In this document: positions 1 to 9,141 of the stretch, piece by piece
Layout: every line of letters starts with the position of its first letter
How positions within the stretch are numbered: position 1 is the stretch's first letter
DNA from: Candidatus Woesearchaeota archaeon
GTDB taxonomy: Archaea; Nanobdellota; Nanobdellia; Woesearchaeales; WJIZ01
Assembly: GCA_018221205.1 (NCBI GenBank)
Contig: JAAOYF010000005.1
Span: forward strand, 1-34,603
Direction of reading: 5' to 3'
DNA length: 34,603 bases
Translations under genes and position numbers: made by a program
The notes under the pieces: generated by a model
What the model was told of the DNA's origin: nothing
What the model saw: only the letters and a program-made list of their open reading frames with translations
Databases searched by the model: none

Positions 1-1
1 A

Positions 2-364
2 GCTAAAAAGGCCCTATTGGGAGAGAAAGTCGATGTTGTCAACTGCGAACAAGCCATCATGACCGGAAGGAAGCAGTTCGTCTATGATGATTATAACATC
101 AAAAGAAACAGGGGAACATTCAAAGGACCGTTCATCCCTCGGATGCCTGATAGATTCGTCAGAAGGATCATCAGGGGAATGCTGCCGCACAAGCAGGATA
201 AGGGGCGGGAAGCTTTAGAGAGAATCATGTGCCATCTCGGCGTACCTTCTGAGTTCGAAGGCAAGGAGCTTGTCCAGATAAAAGAAGCGCACAGATCAAA
301 GCTGAAGAATCTTAAATATGTGACGATCAAAGATATCTGCAAAAAATTGGGGCATAAACAATGA
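2..364 (+). CDS. rpl13: 50S ribosomal protein uL13 (5'-partial, starts before window)
   Basis: Frame open from base 2 (AKKALLGEKVDVVNCE); archaeal uL13 motifs GPFIPRMPDRFVRRIIRGMLPHK; precedes uS9-rpoN. Confidence 0.96.
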   Translation, partial: AKKALLGEKVDVVNCEQAIMTGRKQFVYDDYNIKRNRGTFKGPFIPRMPDRFVRRIIRGMLPHKQDKGREALERIMCHLGVPSEFEGKELVQIKEAHRSKLKNLKYVTIKDICKKLGHKQ

Positions 365-759
365 AAGTGATCCATAGTTCAGGAAAAAGGAAAAAGGCCA
401 TTGCACGAGCTACCTTGAGGGATGGTGATGGTAAAGTAAGGATAAATAAAATCTCTTTAGATGATTTCGCACCGAAGATGCTCCAGATGAGATTAAGGGA
501 GCCTTTGCTCTTGGCAGGAGATATGGCTAAAAAAGTGGATATCGATGTCAAGATAGAGGGTGGAGGCATCACCGGCCAGGCAGATGCTGGTAGATTGGCT
601 ATCGCACGATCATTGGTCGACTATGCTAAAGGAGACAAACTGAAGAAAGTGTTTTTGGAATATGACAGGATGCTATTGGTTGCGGATGTGAGGCAGAATG
701 AGACTTCCAAGCCAAATGATTCAAAGCCGCGTGCTAAAAGACAAAAATCATACAGGTGA
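361..759 (+). CDS. rps9: 30S ribosomal protein uS9
   Basis: GKRKKAIARA, GGGITGQADA, archaeal C-terminus RAKRQKSYR. Confidence 0.97.
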   Translation: MKVIHSSGKRKKAIARATLRDGDGKVRINKISLDDFAPKMLQMRLREPLLLAGDMAKKVDIDVKIEGGGITGQADAGRLAIARSLVDYAKGDKLKKVFLEYDRMLLVADVRQNETSKPNDSKPRAKRQKSYR

Positions 760-765
760 GAAAAC

Positions 766-963
766 ATGATTATACCCATTCGATGTTGGAGCTGTGGAAA
801 ACCAGTAGGCCACCTCTGGGAGCAATTCCTTGAGAGAGTGAAAGGTGGAGAAGACAGGAAGAAGATTATGGATGATATGGAATTAGAGAGATATTGCTGC
901 AGAGCAATGTTCTTGGGCCATGTCGACCTGATCGATACGGCTGCAAGCTTCAAGAAGGTTTAA
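766..963 (+). CDS. rpoN: RNA polymerase subunit N (Rpo10)
   Basis: MIIPIRCWSCGK...RYCCR zinc motif; SD-like AGGTGA upstream. Confidence 0.97.
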   Translation: MIIPIRCWSCGKPVGHLWEQFLERVKGGEDRKKIMDDMELERYCCRAMFLGHVDLIDTAASFKKV

Positions 964-966
964 ATA
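959..966 (+). promoter_or_regulatory. Putative archaeal TATA box (TTTAAATA) for a leaderless leuS transcript
   Basis: TTTAAATA overlaps the rpoN stop codon, has purine-rich BRE-like AAGAAGG upstream, ends 22 nt before the leuS ATG; no SD before leuS. Confidence 0.55.
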
Positions 967-988
967 TCTCTTTCTTTTTCTGCACGTC

Positions 989-3634
989 ATGGTCGAATTT
1001 AATGATATTGCCAAGAAATGGCAGGAACGCTGGGCAAAAAAAGACATCTTCAAAGTAAAAGAAGGTGGAAAGAAATTCTATGTCCTTGAGATGTATCCTT
1101 ATCCTTCTGGTTCTGGCTTGCATATGGGACATGCACGGAATTATTGCATCGGGGATGTGTTTGCCCGCTTCAAAAGGATGCATGGATTGAATGTTCTCTA
1201 TCCTATGGGGTATGACAGCTTTGGATTGCCGGCAGAGAATGCTGCTATAAAAGCGAAAAGCCACCCTAAGGTCTTCACTGAGAAAGCTATCGCTACGTTT
1301 ATCCAGCAGCAGAAAGGCCTTGGCTTGAGCTATGATTGGTCGAGAATGGTAGAGACGCACAAGCCCGACTATTATAGATGGGACCAATGGATCTTCTTAA
1401 AGATGTACGAAAAGGGTCTTGCGTATAAGAAAAACAATCCTGTCAATTGGTGCCCTGAATGCAATACGGTTTTAGCAAACGAGCAGGTGCACGACGGCAA
1501 ATGCTGGCGGCATACTGAAACAGATGTCGAGCCAAAGGAACTTGAGCAGTGGTATTTCAAGACCACTGCCTATGCTGAGGAGCTCTATGATGATATTGAA
1601 AAGTTAAAGAATTGGTCTGAGGATGTAAAACTTATGCAGAAAAACTGGATCAATAAGAAAGAATGGATCGATATTGAATATGCTGTTGATGGTACTGACA
1701 AAAAACTGACTGTCTCAACAACCAGGCCTGATACTAATTTTGGTGCTACCTTTATCGTGATAGCACCTGAACACGAGTTGCTCACCTCTGATTTGATCCC
1801 AGAAGATAAAAGAGAGGCTGTGAAAGCATATATTGAGGAAGCCAAGAAAAAGACCGATGAAGAACGGATTGAAGAAAGCGGAAAGAAAACAGGTGTATTC
1901 ACTGGCCTCTACTGCATCAACCAATTAACAAACAAGAAAATGCCGATCTGGGTCAGTGATTTTGTTCTGATGAATGTAGGCACGGGGGTTGTTGTGGGAG
2001 TGCCTGGACATGATATGAGGGATTTTAAATTTGCTAAAGAGTATGGTCTAGAGATTGTCAGAGTCGTTGTTGGAAAAGATGGAGATACATCAGAAATCAC
2101 CAGAAAAGAACAGGTCCAAGAAGAGGAGGGAGTGATGATCAATTCCGGATTCCTCGATGGAATGGATATCCGTGCTGCTACGAAAAAGATCATGGACCAT
2201 ATGGAAGAGAAAGGATATGGAAAAAGGACCATAAGATATAGATTAAGAGACTGGCTGATCTCTCGCCAGCGGTTCTGGGGAACCCCTATCCCTATCATCT
2301 ACTGCGATGATTGCGGTATTGTTCCTGTTCCTGAAAAAGATTTGCCAGTAACATTGCCTGATGATATTAAATTCAGCTCTGCTTCAAATCCTTTGGTGGA
2401 TCATGAGCCTTTTGTCAAGGCTGCCTGTCCGAAATGTGGGAAGGAAGGCAGGAGAGAAACAGATACGATGGATACGTTTGTCAATAGTTCCTGGTATTTC
2501 TTGAGATATTGCGATTCAAAAAATGATAAGGAGATATTTGACCCGAAGAAAGCGAACTACTGGGTGCCTATCGATCAATATATAGGCGGAAAAGAACATG
2601 CATGCATGCACCTGATCTACTTCAGATTCTATACAAAATTCCTTAGGGATATTGGATTATTAAAAATTGATGAACCTACACTTAATCTTTTCAACCAAGG
2701 TATGCTGCATGGCAGCGATGGGTATGTGATGAGCAAATCCCGAGGAAACGTCGTCTTGCCAGAAGAAGTTTCGAAAAAATATGGCATCGATACTGCCCGA
2801 TGGTTCTTGATGTTCGTGGCCGGGCCTGATAAAGACATGGAATGGAGCGATAAAGGGGCAGAGGGAAGTTTCAGATTCCTGAAGAAATTCTATACTCTCT
2901 TAGAGAAGAGTTTTATCGATAAAGATGCAAAGCAGGAGAGCAAGATCAACAAGACTATCAAGAATGTTTCAGAGTATATCGAGAATTTCAAGTTCAATAT
3001 GGCCACTATCGGCCTGATGGAGATGGCAAATTATCTGCACAGCAAAGAAGAGATCCAAAAATCTGTTCTGGAACGGCTTGTTGTGATGATGAGTGCCTTT
3101 GCTCCCCATATCAGTGAGGAGATGTGGGAAACTCTTGGACATAAGGAATTTGTTTCACTGGCAAAATGGCCTTCTTTTGATGAAAAGAAGATAGATCATG
3201 CTGCTGAAGCTCTTGAAGATGCTGTAGGGCAGCTGACATTAGACATCAAGAGGGTGCTTGACCTCATCAAGAAAGAAGCAAAGGAGATAAAGCTTATCAC
3301 CAGTCCAGAATGGAAATATGCCTTCTTTTCAACACTTAAGAAAGAGATGGAAAAGACGAGAGATATGAAAGACATCATGGGAACATGTATGCAGGGTGAG
3401 CTGAAGAAGCACGGCCAGGACATCTCTAGATTAGTCCCTGCTATCCTTAAAGACCCTAAAAAGATGCCTGCTGTTATCTTATCTTCAGATGAGGAATTCA
3501 AGAACCTCCAGGAAGCTGCTCCGTTGTTGAAGGGGCATTTCAAAGCAGAGATCATCGTCGAGAAAGGGGATGACAGCAAGGAAGAGAAAGCGAAGAATGC
3601 CAGCCCTGGAAAGCCTTCTATCGTCATAAAATGA
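989..3634 (+). CDS. leuS: Leucine--tRNA ligase, bacterial-type core with archaeal-type C-terminal domain
   Basis: YPYPSG-LHMGH, GYDSFGLPAENAA, CP1 editing TTRPDT and GTG...PGHD-RD, RDWLISRQRFWG, RETDTMDTF, VMSKS; ends KNASPGKPSIVIK. Confidence 0.96.
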   Translation: MVEFNDIAKKWQERWAKKDIFKVKEGGKKFYVLEMYPYPSGSGLHMGHARNYCIGDVFARFKRMHGLNVLYPMGYDSFGLPAENAAIKAKSHPKVFTEKAIATFIQQQKGLGLSYDWSRMVETHKPDYYRWDQWIFLKMYEKGLAYKKNNPVNWCPECNTVLANEQVHDGKCWRHTETDVEPKELEQWYFKTTAYAEELYDDIEKLKNWSEDVKLMQKNWINKKEWIDIEYAVDGTDKKLTVSTTRPDTNFGATFIVIAPEHELLTSDLIPEDKREAVKAYIEEAKKKTDEERIEESGKKTGVFTGLYCINQLTNKKMPIWVSDFVLMNVGTGVVVGVPGHDMRDFKFAKEYGLEIVRVVVGKDGDTSEITRKEQVQEEEGVMINSGFLDGMDIRAATKKIMDHMEEKGYGKRTIRYRLRDWLISRQRFWGTPIPIIYCDDCGIVPVPEKDLPVTLPDDIKFSSASNPLVDHEPFVKAACPKCGKEGRRETDTMDTFVNSSWYFLRYCDSKNDKEIFDPKKANYWVPIDQYIGGKEHACMHLIYFRFYTKFLRDIGLLKIDEPTLNLFNQGMLHGSDGYVMSKSRGNVVLPEEVSKKYGIDTARWFLMFVAGPDKDMEWSDKGAEGSFRFLKKFYTLLEKSFIDKDAKQESKINKTIKNVSEYIENFKFNMATIGLMEMANYLHSKEEIQKSVLERLVVMMSAFAPHISEEMWETLGHKEFVSLAKWPSFDEKKIDHAAEALEDAVGQLTLDIKRVLDLIKKEAKEIKLITSPEWKYAFFSTLKKEMEKTRDMKDIMGTCMQGELKKHGQDISRLVPAILKDPKKMPAVILSSDEEFKNLQEAAPLLKGHFKAEIIVEKGDDSKEEKAKNASPGKPSIVIK

Positions 3635-4449
3635 TTGTTGTCCTTGGTGCGGGAGCTATCGGTCGTTTTTTTGGTGAAAAACTTAAGCAGGTTGGCGAGG
3701 TTGTTTCTTTTATCGGACGAAAAGATCCTATCGACACTCAACAAACTGATTTTGTTCTTGTCGCGACTAAAGCCTATGATACTGAAGAAGCGATAAAGCG
3801 ATGCAAAGACCTCATTTCTGATGATACTGTTGTGATTTCATTGCAGAATGGGCTTGGCAATGAAGAAATCATCTCTCAGTATGCTCAGCATGTCATCGGT
3901 GGAGTCACTTCTACTGGAGTCATGCTTGTTGATGGAGAAGTGGAGCTCAAAGGTATAGGGGAAACTGTCATCGGGGATTTCAAAGGAACTGGAGCGGAGA
4001 AATTTCTTGCATTGTTGAAGAAAACTGATCTTCCCGTCAGGCTCTCTGAGGATATCGGAAAAGATATCTATCATAAGTTCCTTATCAATGTCGGCTTGAA
4101 TGCATTGGGTGCAGTTGCTGGAGCTGAAAATGGGAAGATGGCTGAAAACGAATACTTGCGAAATATCGCTCAGCATTTGATCTCTGAGGGCATCACTATT
4201 GGCAAAGCTGAAGGATTTACATTTGAAAATGTGTTTGAAGGGCTGATGGATGTGTGTAAGAAGACTTCTGGCAATAGGAATTCGATGTATCAGGATGTCT
4301 TGAATGGAAAAAAGACTGAAATTGACTTTCTGAACGGGAAGATTGTGGAATTGGGGAAGAAACACCAGATTAATGTGCCTTATAATGAGGCGATTTCTTC
4401 TTTAGTTAGGGCTAGGGCAGGTCTTAATTCTTGGTCGAAAGCTTTATAA
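3631..4449 (+). CDS. panE: Ketopantoate reductase (PanE/ApbA family)
   Basis: GAGAIG Rossmann motif, TKAYD, LQNGLG, HKFLINVGLN (catalytic Lys), SMYQD, TEIDFLNG. Confidence 0.88.
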   Translation: MIVVLGAGAIGRFFGEKLKQVGEVVSFIGRKDPIDTQQTDFVLVATKAYDTEEAIKRCKDLISDDTVVISLQNGLGNEEIISQYAQHVIGGVTSTGVMLVDGEVELKGIGETVIGDFKGTGAEKFLALLKKTDLPVRLSEDIGKDIYHKFLINVGLNALGAVAGAENGKMAENEYLRNIAQHLISEGITIGKAEGFTFENVFEGLMDVCKKTSGNRNSMYQDVLNGKKTEIDFLNGKIVELGKKHQINVPYNEAISSLVRARAGLNSWSKAL

Positions 4450-4450
4450 A
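4436..4450 (+). promoter_or_regulatory. Putative BRE-TATA promoter of the rpl3 superoperon
   Basis: CGAAA-gc-TTTATAAA (TATA 4443-4450) overlapping the panE stop codon. Confidence 0.6.
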
Positions 4451-4474
4451 CGGCCATAGATTCCAAAAAGCACT

Positions 4475-4611
4475 CAAAAAGGGTGTTTACGGACACTTAA
4501 ACACCAGTAAGCAAGCCTGAAAAGGAGCCTTTTCAGTACAGTTATAGACTGTTTTCTCTAAGGGCGCCAACAAAAGGTTTATTTTGCGTTATAGCTAATA
4601 GGGAGCTATCT
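4475..4611 (+). promoter_or_regulatory. Structured 5' leader of rpl3 (candidate ribosomal protein leader)
   Basis: Consecutive inverted repeats at 4482-4505, 4517-4536, 4538-4552, 4571-4586 and 4591-4609; the last covers the SD GGGAG. Confidence 0.5.
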
Positions 4612-5580
4612 ATGAAAAAGCGAAATCCACGACACGGAAGCATGCAGTTCTGGCCTAGAGTAAGGGCTAAACGGGAGCATGCCCGAGTGAGAAGGTGGAA
4701 CGGCTCCACAAGCATACTGGGATTTGCCGGCTACAAGGTTGGCATGACCCACCTGATGATCACTGATAATAAATCAACATCAAAAACAAAGGGCCAAGAC
4801 ATCTTTTGTCCGGCAACCATCATCGAGTGCCCGCCACTGAAGACGGCTGCCATCCGATTCTACAAAAAAACATCCTACGGCCCAAAAGCTCTTTCTCATG
4901 TTTTCGCTGACACACTCGACAAGGACCTTGCGAAGAGACTGTCGCTCCCTAAGAAACAGACCAAAAAAGCAGATGATATCAAGAATTTTGATGATATACG
5001 ATTAATCGTCCATACTCAGCCAAAGCTCACTGGCATCGGAAAGAAAAAGCCAGAGGTCTTTGAAATCGCTTTGGGTGGCAAGAAAGAAGAGAAATTAGCC
5101 TATGCAAAAGAAAAATTAGGAAAAGATATCTCTCTTGCTGATGTATTCAAGGAAGGAGAGCAGCTCGACATCCATGCAGTTACCAAAGGAAAAGGATTCC
5201 AGGGGCCGGTGAAGAGATTCGGTGTAACGTTACGATCACACAAATCAGAAAAAGTAAGACGGGGGCCCGGAAGCCTGGGTGGCTGGAAGGGACAGGGACA
5301 TGTCATGTACAGGGTAGCTCATGCCGGCCAGACAGGATACCATCAGCGGACAGAATATAATAAATGGCTCCTGAAAATCGGTGCTGCCCCTAAAGAAGTC
5401 CATCAGGATGGGGGTTTCATCAGATATGGTGTCATAAAAAATACTTATCTTATCGTCAAAGGAAGTGTGGCAGGATCTAAAAAACGACTTATCAAATTCA
5501 GCCATGCCATCCGGCCCGATCATACCCTCCCTAAAGATGCTCCTGCTATCGCTTATATCAGCACAAGGTCAAAACAATGA
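4612..5580 (+). CDS. rpl3: 50S ribosomal protein uL3
   Basis: PRHGSMQFWPR, FAGYKVGMTH, TKGKGFQGPVKRFG, AGQTGYHQRTEYNK. Confidence 0.98.
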   Translation: MKKRNPRHGSMQFWPRVRAKREHARVRRWNGSTSILGFAGYKVGMTHLMITDNKSTSKTKGQDIFCPATIIECPPLKTAAIRFYKKTSYGPKALSHVFADTLDKDLAKRLSLPKKQTKKADDIKNFDDIRLIVHTQPKLTGIGKKKPEVFEIALGGKKEEKLAYAKEKLGKDISLADVFKEGEQLDIHAVTKGKGFQGPVKRFGVTLRSHKSEKVRRGPGSLGGWKGQGHVMYRVAHAGQTGYHQRTEYNKWLLKIGAAPKEVHQDGGFIRYGVIKNTYLIVKGSVAGSKKRLIKFSHAIRPDHTLPKDAPAIAYISTRSKQ

Positions 5581-6383
5581 AACTGAATATCGTTGCACAA
5601 GGATTAGAGAACAAAGGCAATGTAGAGATGCCTGTGCAATTCAGTGAAGATGTCAGGCTGGAGATCATCAAAAGAGCTGTCGAGGCTGAGCAGAGCTCAA
5701 AAAGACAGCCTTATGGCGCTGCTCCTCTAGCTGGAAAGAAACATTCAGCATACGTCTCAAAACGAAGGAATGATTTCAAATCAACGTACGGCATAGGCCA
5801 ATCACGAACACCGCGAAAGGTTGTCAGCAGAAGTGGCAGCCGGCATAATTGGGTAGGTGCTGTTGCGCCGATGACTGTTGGAGGAAGAAGGGCGCACCCT
5901 CCTAAAGCTGAAAAGAACTGGCTGAGGAAAGTCAACAATAAAGAAAGAAACTTTGCTCTCAGGAGTGCTATTACAGCCACCTTATCGAATGATCTGGCAA
6001 CAAAGCGTGGCCATGTTGTCCCTAAAGAATATCCATTTGTCGTTGAAGGTGGAGTTGAGAAACTCGGCAAGACAAAGGATGTCAAGAAGTTCCTTGAGAG
6101 CATCGGCATCAAGGGTGATCTTGAAAGGGCATCTATCAGAAAAGTACGGGCAGGAAAAGGGAAGGCCCGTGGAAGAAAGTATAAGAAAAGGAAAAGTGCT
6201 TTGATTGTCACTCAAGCAGATTGTGCATTGTCAAAAGCTGCACGTAATATCCCGGGCATAGATGTTGTGCAAGCCAAAGATCTTACTGTCGAGATGCTCG
6301 CACCCGGGGCAGTTCCGGGAAGATTAACCTTGTGGACGAACAAGGCAATAGAAAAAATCGGCAAGGAGAAGATGTTCATATAA
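5577..6383 (+). CDS. rpl4: 50S ribosomal protein uL4
   Basis: VGGRRAHPPK, RKVRAGKGKARGR, LAPGAVPGRLTLWT. Confidence 0.97.
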   Translation: MKLNIVAQGLENKGNVEMPVQFSEDVRLEIIKRAVEAEQSSKRQPYGAAPLAGKKHSAYVSKRRNDFKSTYGIGQSRTPRKVVSRSGSRHNWVGAVAPMTVGGRRAHPPKAEKNWLRKVNNKERNFALRSAITATLSNDLATKRGHVVPKEYPFVVEGGVEKLGKTKDVKKFLESIGIKGDLERASIRKVRAGKGKARGRKYKKRKSALIVTQADCALSKAARNIPGIDVVQAKDLTVEMLAPGAVPGRLTLWTNKAIEKIGKEKMFI

Positions 6384-6384
6384 C

Positions 6385-6636
6385 ATGGAAATCATCAAAT
6401 ATCCCCTATCGACGGAAAAATCCATCAGATTGATGGAATCAGAGAACAAATTGATCTTTGCAGTAGATAGGAAAGCAAAAAGAGCGGATATAAAGAAAGC
6501 GATCGAGGAGATGTTCAAGGCCAAGGTCATCAAGGTAAACGTCTTCAATAATATCAAAGGAGAGAAAAGAGCTTATATCAAATTCAGCGATGAAACTCCT
6601 GCAATAGATATCGCAACACAACTCGGGTTGATGTAA
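6385..6636 (+). CDS. rpl23: 50S ribosomal protein uL23
   Basis: YPLSTEKS...ENKLIFAVD...AIDIATQLG; operon position. Confidence 0.97.
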   Translation: MEIIKYPLSTEKSIRLMESENKLIFAVDRKAKRADIKKAIEEMFKAKVIKVNVFNNIKGEKRAYIKFSDETPAIDIATQLGLM

Positions 6637-6637
6637 A

Positions 6638-7336
6638 ATGGGAAAAAGACTTATTCAGCAGAGGAGAGGGAGAGGAACTCCAACATATAGGGCGCCGAGC
6701 TTTAGGTATGCCGGCAAAGCGACTCACCCCAAGAAAGAAGGTGAAGGCATCATCAAAGAATTCGTCCATAGTCAAGGACATTCTGCACCGTTGATGGTTG
6801 TGCAGTACGGAAACGATTATAATCTGAACCTTGCCCCTGAAGGAGTACGTATCGGGGATTCGGTCAGTTGCAGCAATAATGAAGTCCATCCAGGCAATAC
6901 TGTTGTATTGCAAGAGATTCCTGAAGGGACATTAATCTATAATATTGAGCATAAGCCTGGAGATGGAGGCAAATTTGTCAGAAGCTCCGGAGTTGCTGCC
7001 CGTGTAGTATCAAAATCAAAAGACAGGGTTGTCATCAGGCTTCCTTCGAAGAAGCAGAAAGAGTTTCCAGGACAATGCAGAGCGACGATCGGAACTGTCT
7101 CCGGTTCGGGAAGGACAGAGAAGCCTTTCCTGAAAGCAGGCACGAAATACCATAAGATGCGGGCCAAGAACAAGCTCTATCCGAGCGTCTCGGGAACAAG
7201 CATGAACTCTGTCGATCATCCGTTCGGTGGAACGACCTCCAGCAATGTAGGAAAGCCTACACAGTCCGGAAGGAATGCTCCACCAGGAAGAAAAGTAGGA
7301 AAGATAGCACCAAGAAGGACGGGGTATAAGAGGTAA
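6638..7336 (+). CDS. rpl2: 50S ribosomal protein uL2
   Basis: [42 protein letters not shown]. Confidence 0.98.
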   Translation: MGKRLIQQRRGRGTPTYRAPSFRYAGKATHPKKEGEGIIKEFVHSQGHSAPLMVVQYGNDYNLNLAPEGVRIGDSVSCSNNEVHPGNTVVLQEIPEGTLIYNIEHKPGDGGKFVRSSGVAARVVSKSKDRVVIRLPSKKQKEFPGQCRATIGTVSGSGRTEKPFLKAGTKYHKMRAKNKLYPSVSGTSMNSVDHPFGGTTSSNVGKPTQSGRNAPPGRKVGKIAPRRTGYKR

Positions 7337-7338
7337 TC

Positions 7339-7722
7339 ATGGCAAAGAAAGAATTTTCCTATCGGGGCAAGAGGCTTGAGGAATTGCAGGCGATGACCCA
7401 TAATGAGATTGCGGAACTATTGCCATCACGAGCAAGACGATCATTGAAAAGGGGGCTTTCGGATTCAGAGAAAATTGTCCTGAAAAAAGCAAAGGCCGGA
7501 GACAAAAACCTCAAAACACATTGCAGGGACCTGATCATCCTACCAGAACTGGTCGGTGCAAACATCAGGATCCACAACGGCAAAGAGTTTGTCCAGGTGA
7601 TAATCCTGCCCGAGATGATCGGACATTTCCTTGGAGAGTTTGCTCTCACCAGAAAAGGAGTCTCGCACAGTTCGCCAGGTATAGGCGCAACACGATCAAG
7701 TTCAAACGTTTCAGTGAAATAA
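7339..7722 (+). CDS. rps19: 30S ribosomal protein uS19
   Basis: [32 protein letters not shown]. Confidence 0.97.
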   Translation: MAKKEFSYRGKRLEELQAMTHNEIAELLPSRARRSLKRGLSDSEKIVLKKAKAGDKNLKTHCRDLIILPELVGANIRIHNGKEFVQVIILPEMIGHFLGEFALTRKGVSHSSPGIGATRSSSNVSVK

Positions 7723-7723
7723 G

Positions 7724-8413
7724 ATGAAAAAATACTCAGCACCGTACAGCAAAGAGCACCATGCCAAAGCGCAAGGAGTAGCTATGCCTATCTCGACCAA
7801 AGCATCTATCGAGATCTGCAATACTCTGAGGCGTAAGACTGTCGGCAGGGCAAAAGTCATCCTGGAGAATGTCCTGGCTATGAAAGACCCTATCTCATTC
7901 AAGCGGTTCACTGGCGGAGCTGGCCATAAAAAAGGAATGGGGCCTGGAAAATACCCCCTGAAAGCTGCCGAGCACATCTTATCAGTATTGAAAGATGTCG
8001 AGGCTAATGCACAGTTCAAAGGATTAAATACGGGAAACCTCATCCTCATACATATTGCTGCCCATAATGCAGGGAATGTCTGGAGATATGGGAGACATAG
8101 AAGAAGAAAGATGAAGCGTACTCATATCGAGGTTATTGTCGAAGAAGGTAAAGTCGAGAAGAGGGCTGCTCCAGTGAAGAAGGAAGCACCCAAAGCCCAG
8201 CCGAAACCTGTTGAGAAGGTTGAGACAAAACCAGTTGTGAATCCTGTGGTCAAAAAAGCAGAACCAAAGGCAAAAAAAGTCGAAGCAAAACCAGCCGTTG
8301 AAAAGAAAACAGAGCCTCTAGCTGCTCCGGCTGAACAAAAGAAAGAAGCTCCGAAGGAAAAACCAGCAGAGCAGACACCGAAGGTCAAGGAACCGGAGCA
8401 AAAGACAAAATGA
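7724..8413 (+). CDS. rpl22: 50S ribosomal protein uL22 with about 88-aa K/E/P/A-rich C-terminal extension
   Basis: PISTKASIEIC, GKYPLKAA, ANAQFKGL, THIEVIVEE, then low-complexity tail. Confidence 0.95.
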   Translation: MKKYSAPYSKEHHAKAQGVAMPISTKASIEICNTLRRKTVGRAKVILENVLAMKDPISFKRFTGGAGHKKGMGPGKYPLKAAEHILSVLKDVEANAQFKGLNTGNLILIHIAAHNAGNVWRYGRHRRRKMKRTHIEVIVEEGKVEKRAAPVKKEAPKAQPKPVEKVETKPVVNPVVKKAEPKAKKVEAKPAVEKKTEPLAAPAEQKKEAPKEKPAEQTPKVKEPEQKTK

Positions 8414-9141
8414 TCGAAAGAAAATTCGTCGCAAGCAACATGAAGGAATTCATGGTACAGGAATTCATCTCAAATACCTTGAAAGGCGCTGAGCATAGCC
8501 ATACGAAGATCCAAAGAACCCCTTTAGGAGAGAAGGTCGTCATCTATTCATCCAGGCCAGGATTGGTTGTGGGCAGGAAAGGCCAGAACATCAAACAGCT
8601 CACCAAAGCATTGAAGAAGAACTTCAACCTTGAGAATCCGCAGATTGAGATCAGTGAAGTTGCAATTCCATTCCTTGACTCCCAGATCATGGCTGAAAAA
8701 ATCGTCAACTATCTCGAGAGATTCGGGACAAGTAAATTCAAAGGAATAGGCCATAAGATCATGTCAGAAGTGATGAAAGCACAGGCGATGGGTATTGAGA
8801 TACTGATTTCAGGAAAAATTCCGAGCAGCAGGTCCAAGACCTGGCGATTCTACCAGGGCTACCTGAAGAAATGCGGTGACATTGCATTGACCGGTGTAGA
8901 TACTGCACATGCTGTCGCAAAATTGAAAACTGGTGTTATAGGCATCAAAGTGAGCATCATGCCTCCAGGCACCAAATTACCTGACCATATTGAACTGCTC
9001 GATGAAAAGCAGGAAATCGTCGAAGAAGTGAAGGAAGAAGCTGCTGAAGAAGTAAAGGAAAAGCCAAAGAAGGAAGAAGCTAAAGAGAAACCAAAAAAGG
9101 CCAAGAAAGATGAAAAAGCACGAACTAAGAAAGATGAGTAA
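8410..9141 (+). CDS. rps3: 30S ribosomal protein uS3
   Basis: RTPLG, RPGLVVGRKG (KH domain), GIEILISGK, GVIGIKVSIMPP; charged tail. Confidence 0.97.
   Translation: MIERKFVASNMKEFMVQEFISNTLKGAEHSHTKIQRTPLGEKVVIYSSRPGLVVGRKGQNIKQLTKALKKNFNLENPQIEISEVAIPFLDSQIMAEKIVNYLERFGTSKFKGIGHKIMSEVMKAQAMGIEILISGKIPSSRSKTWRFYQGYLKKCGDIALTGVDTAHAVAKLKTGVIGIKVSIMPPGTKLPDHIELLDEKQEIVEEVKEEAAEEVKEKPKKEEAKEKPKKAKKDEKARTKKDE

Noticed and set aside
17..19. TTG start for uL13
   Set aside because: The frame is open to the window edge and the conserved N-terminus is missing, so the gene begins upstream
964..988. tRNA or rpoK often found after archaeal rpoN
   Set aside because: Only a 25-nt gap; no cloverleaf or T-loop motif here or in other gaps
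4450..4611. tRNA, CRISPR repeat or small ORF in the rpl3 upstream gap
   Set aside because: No GTTCRA T-arm, no direct repeats and no credible ORF; hairpins are better explained as a leader
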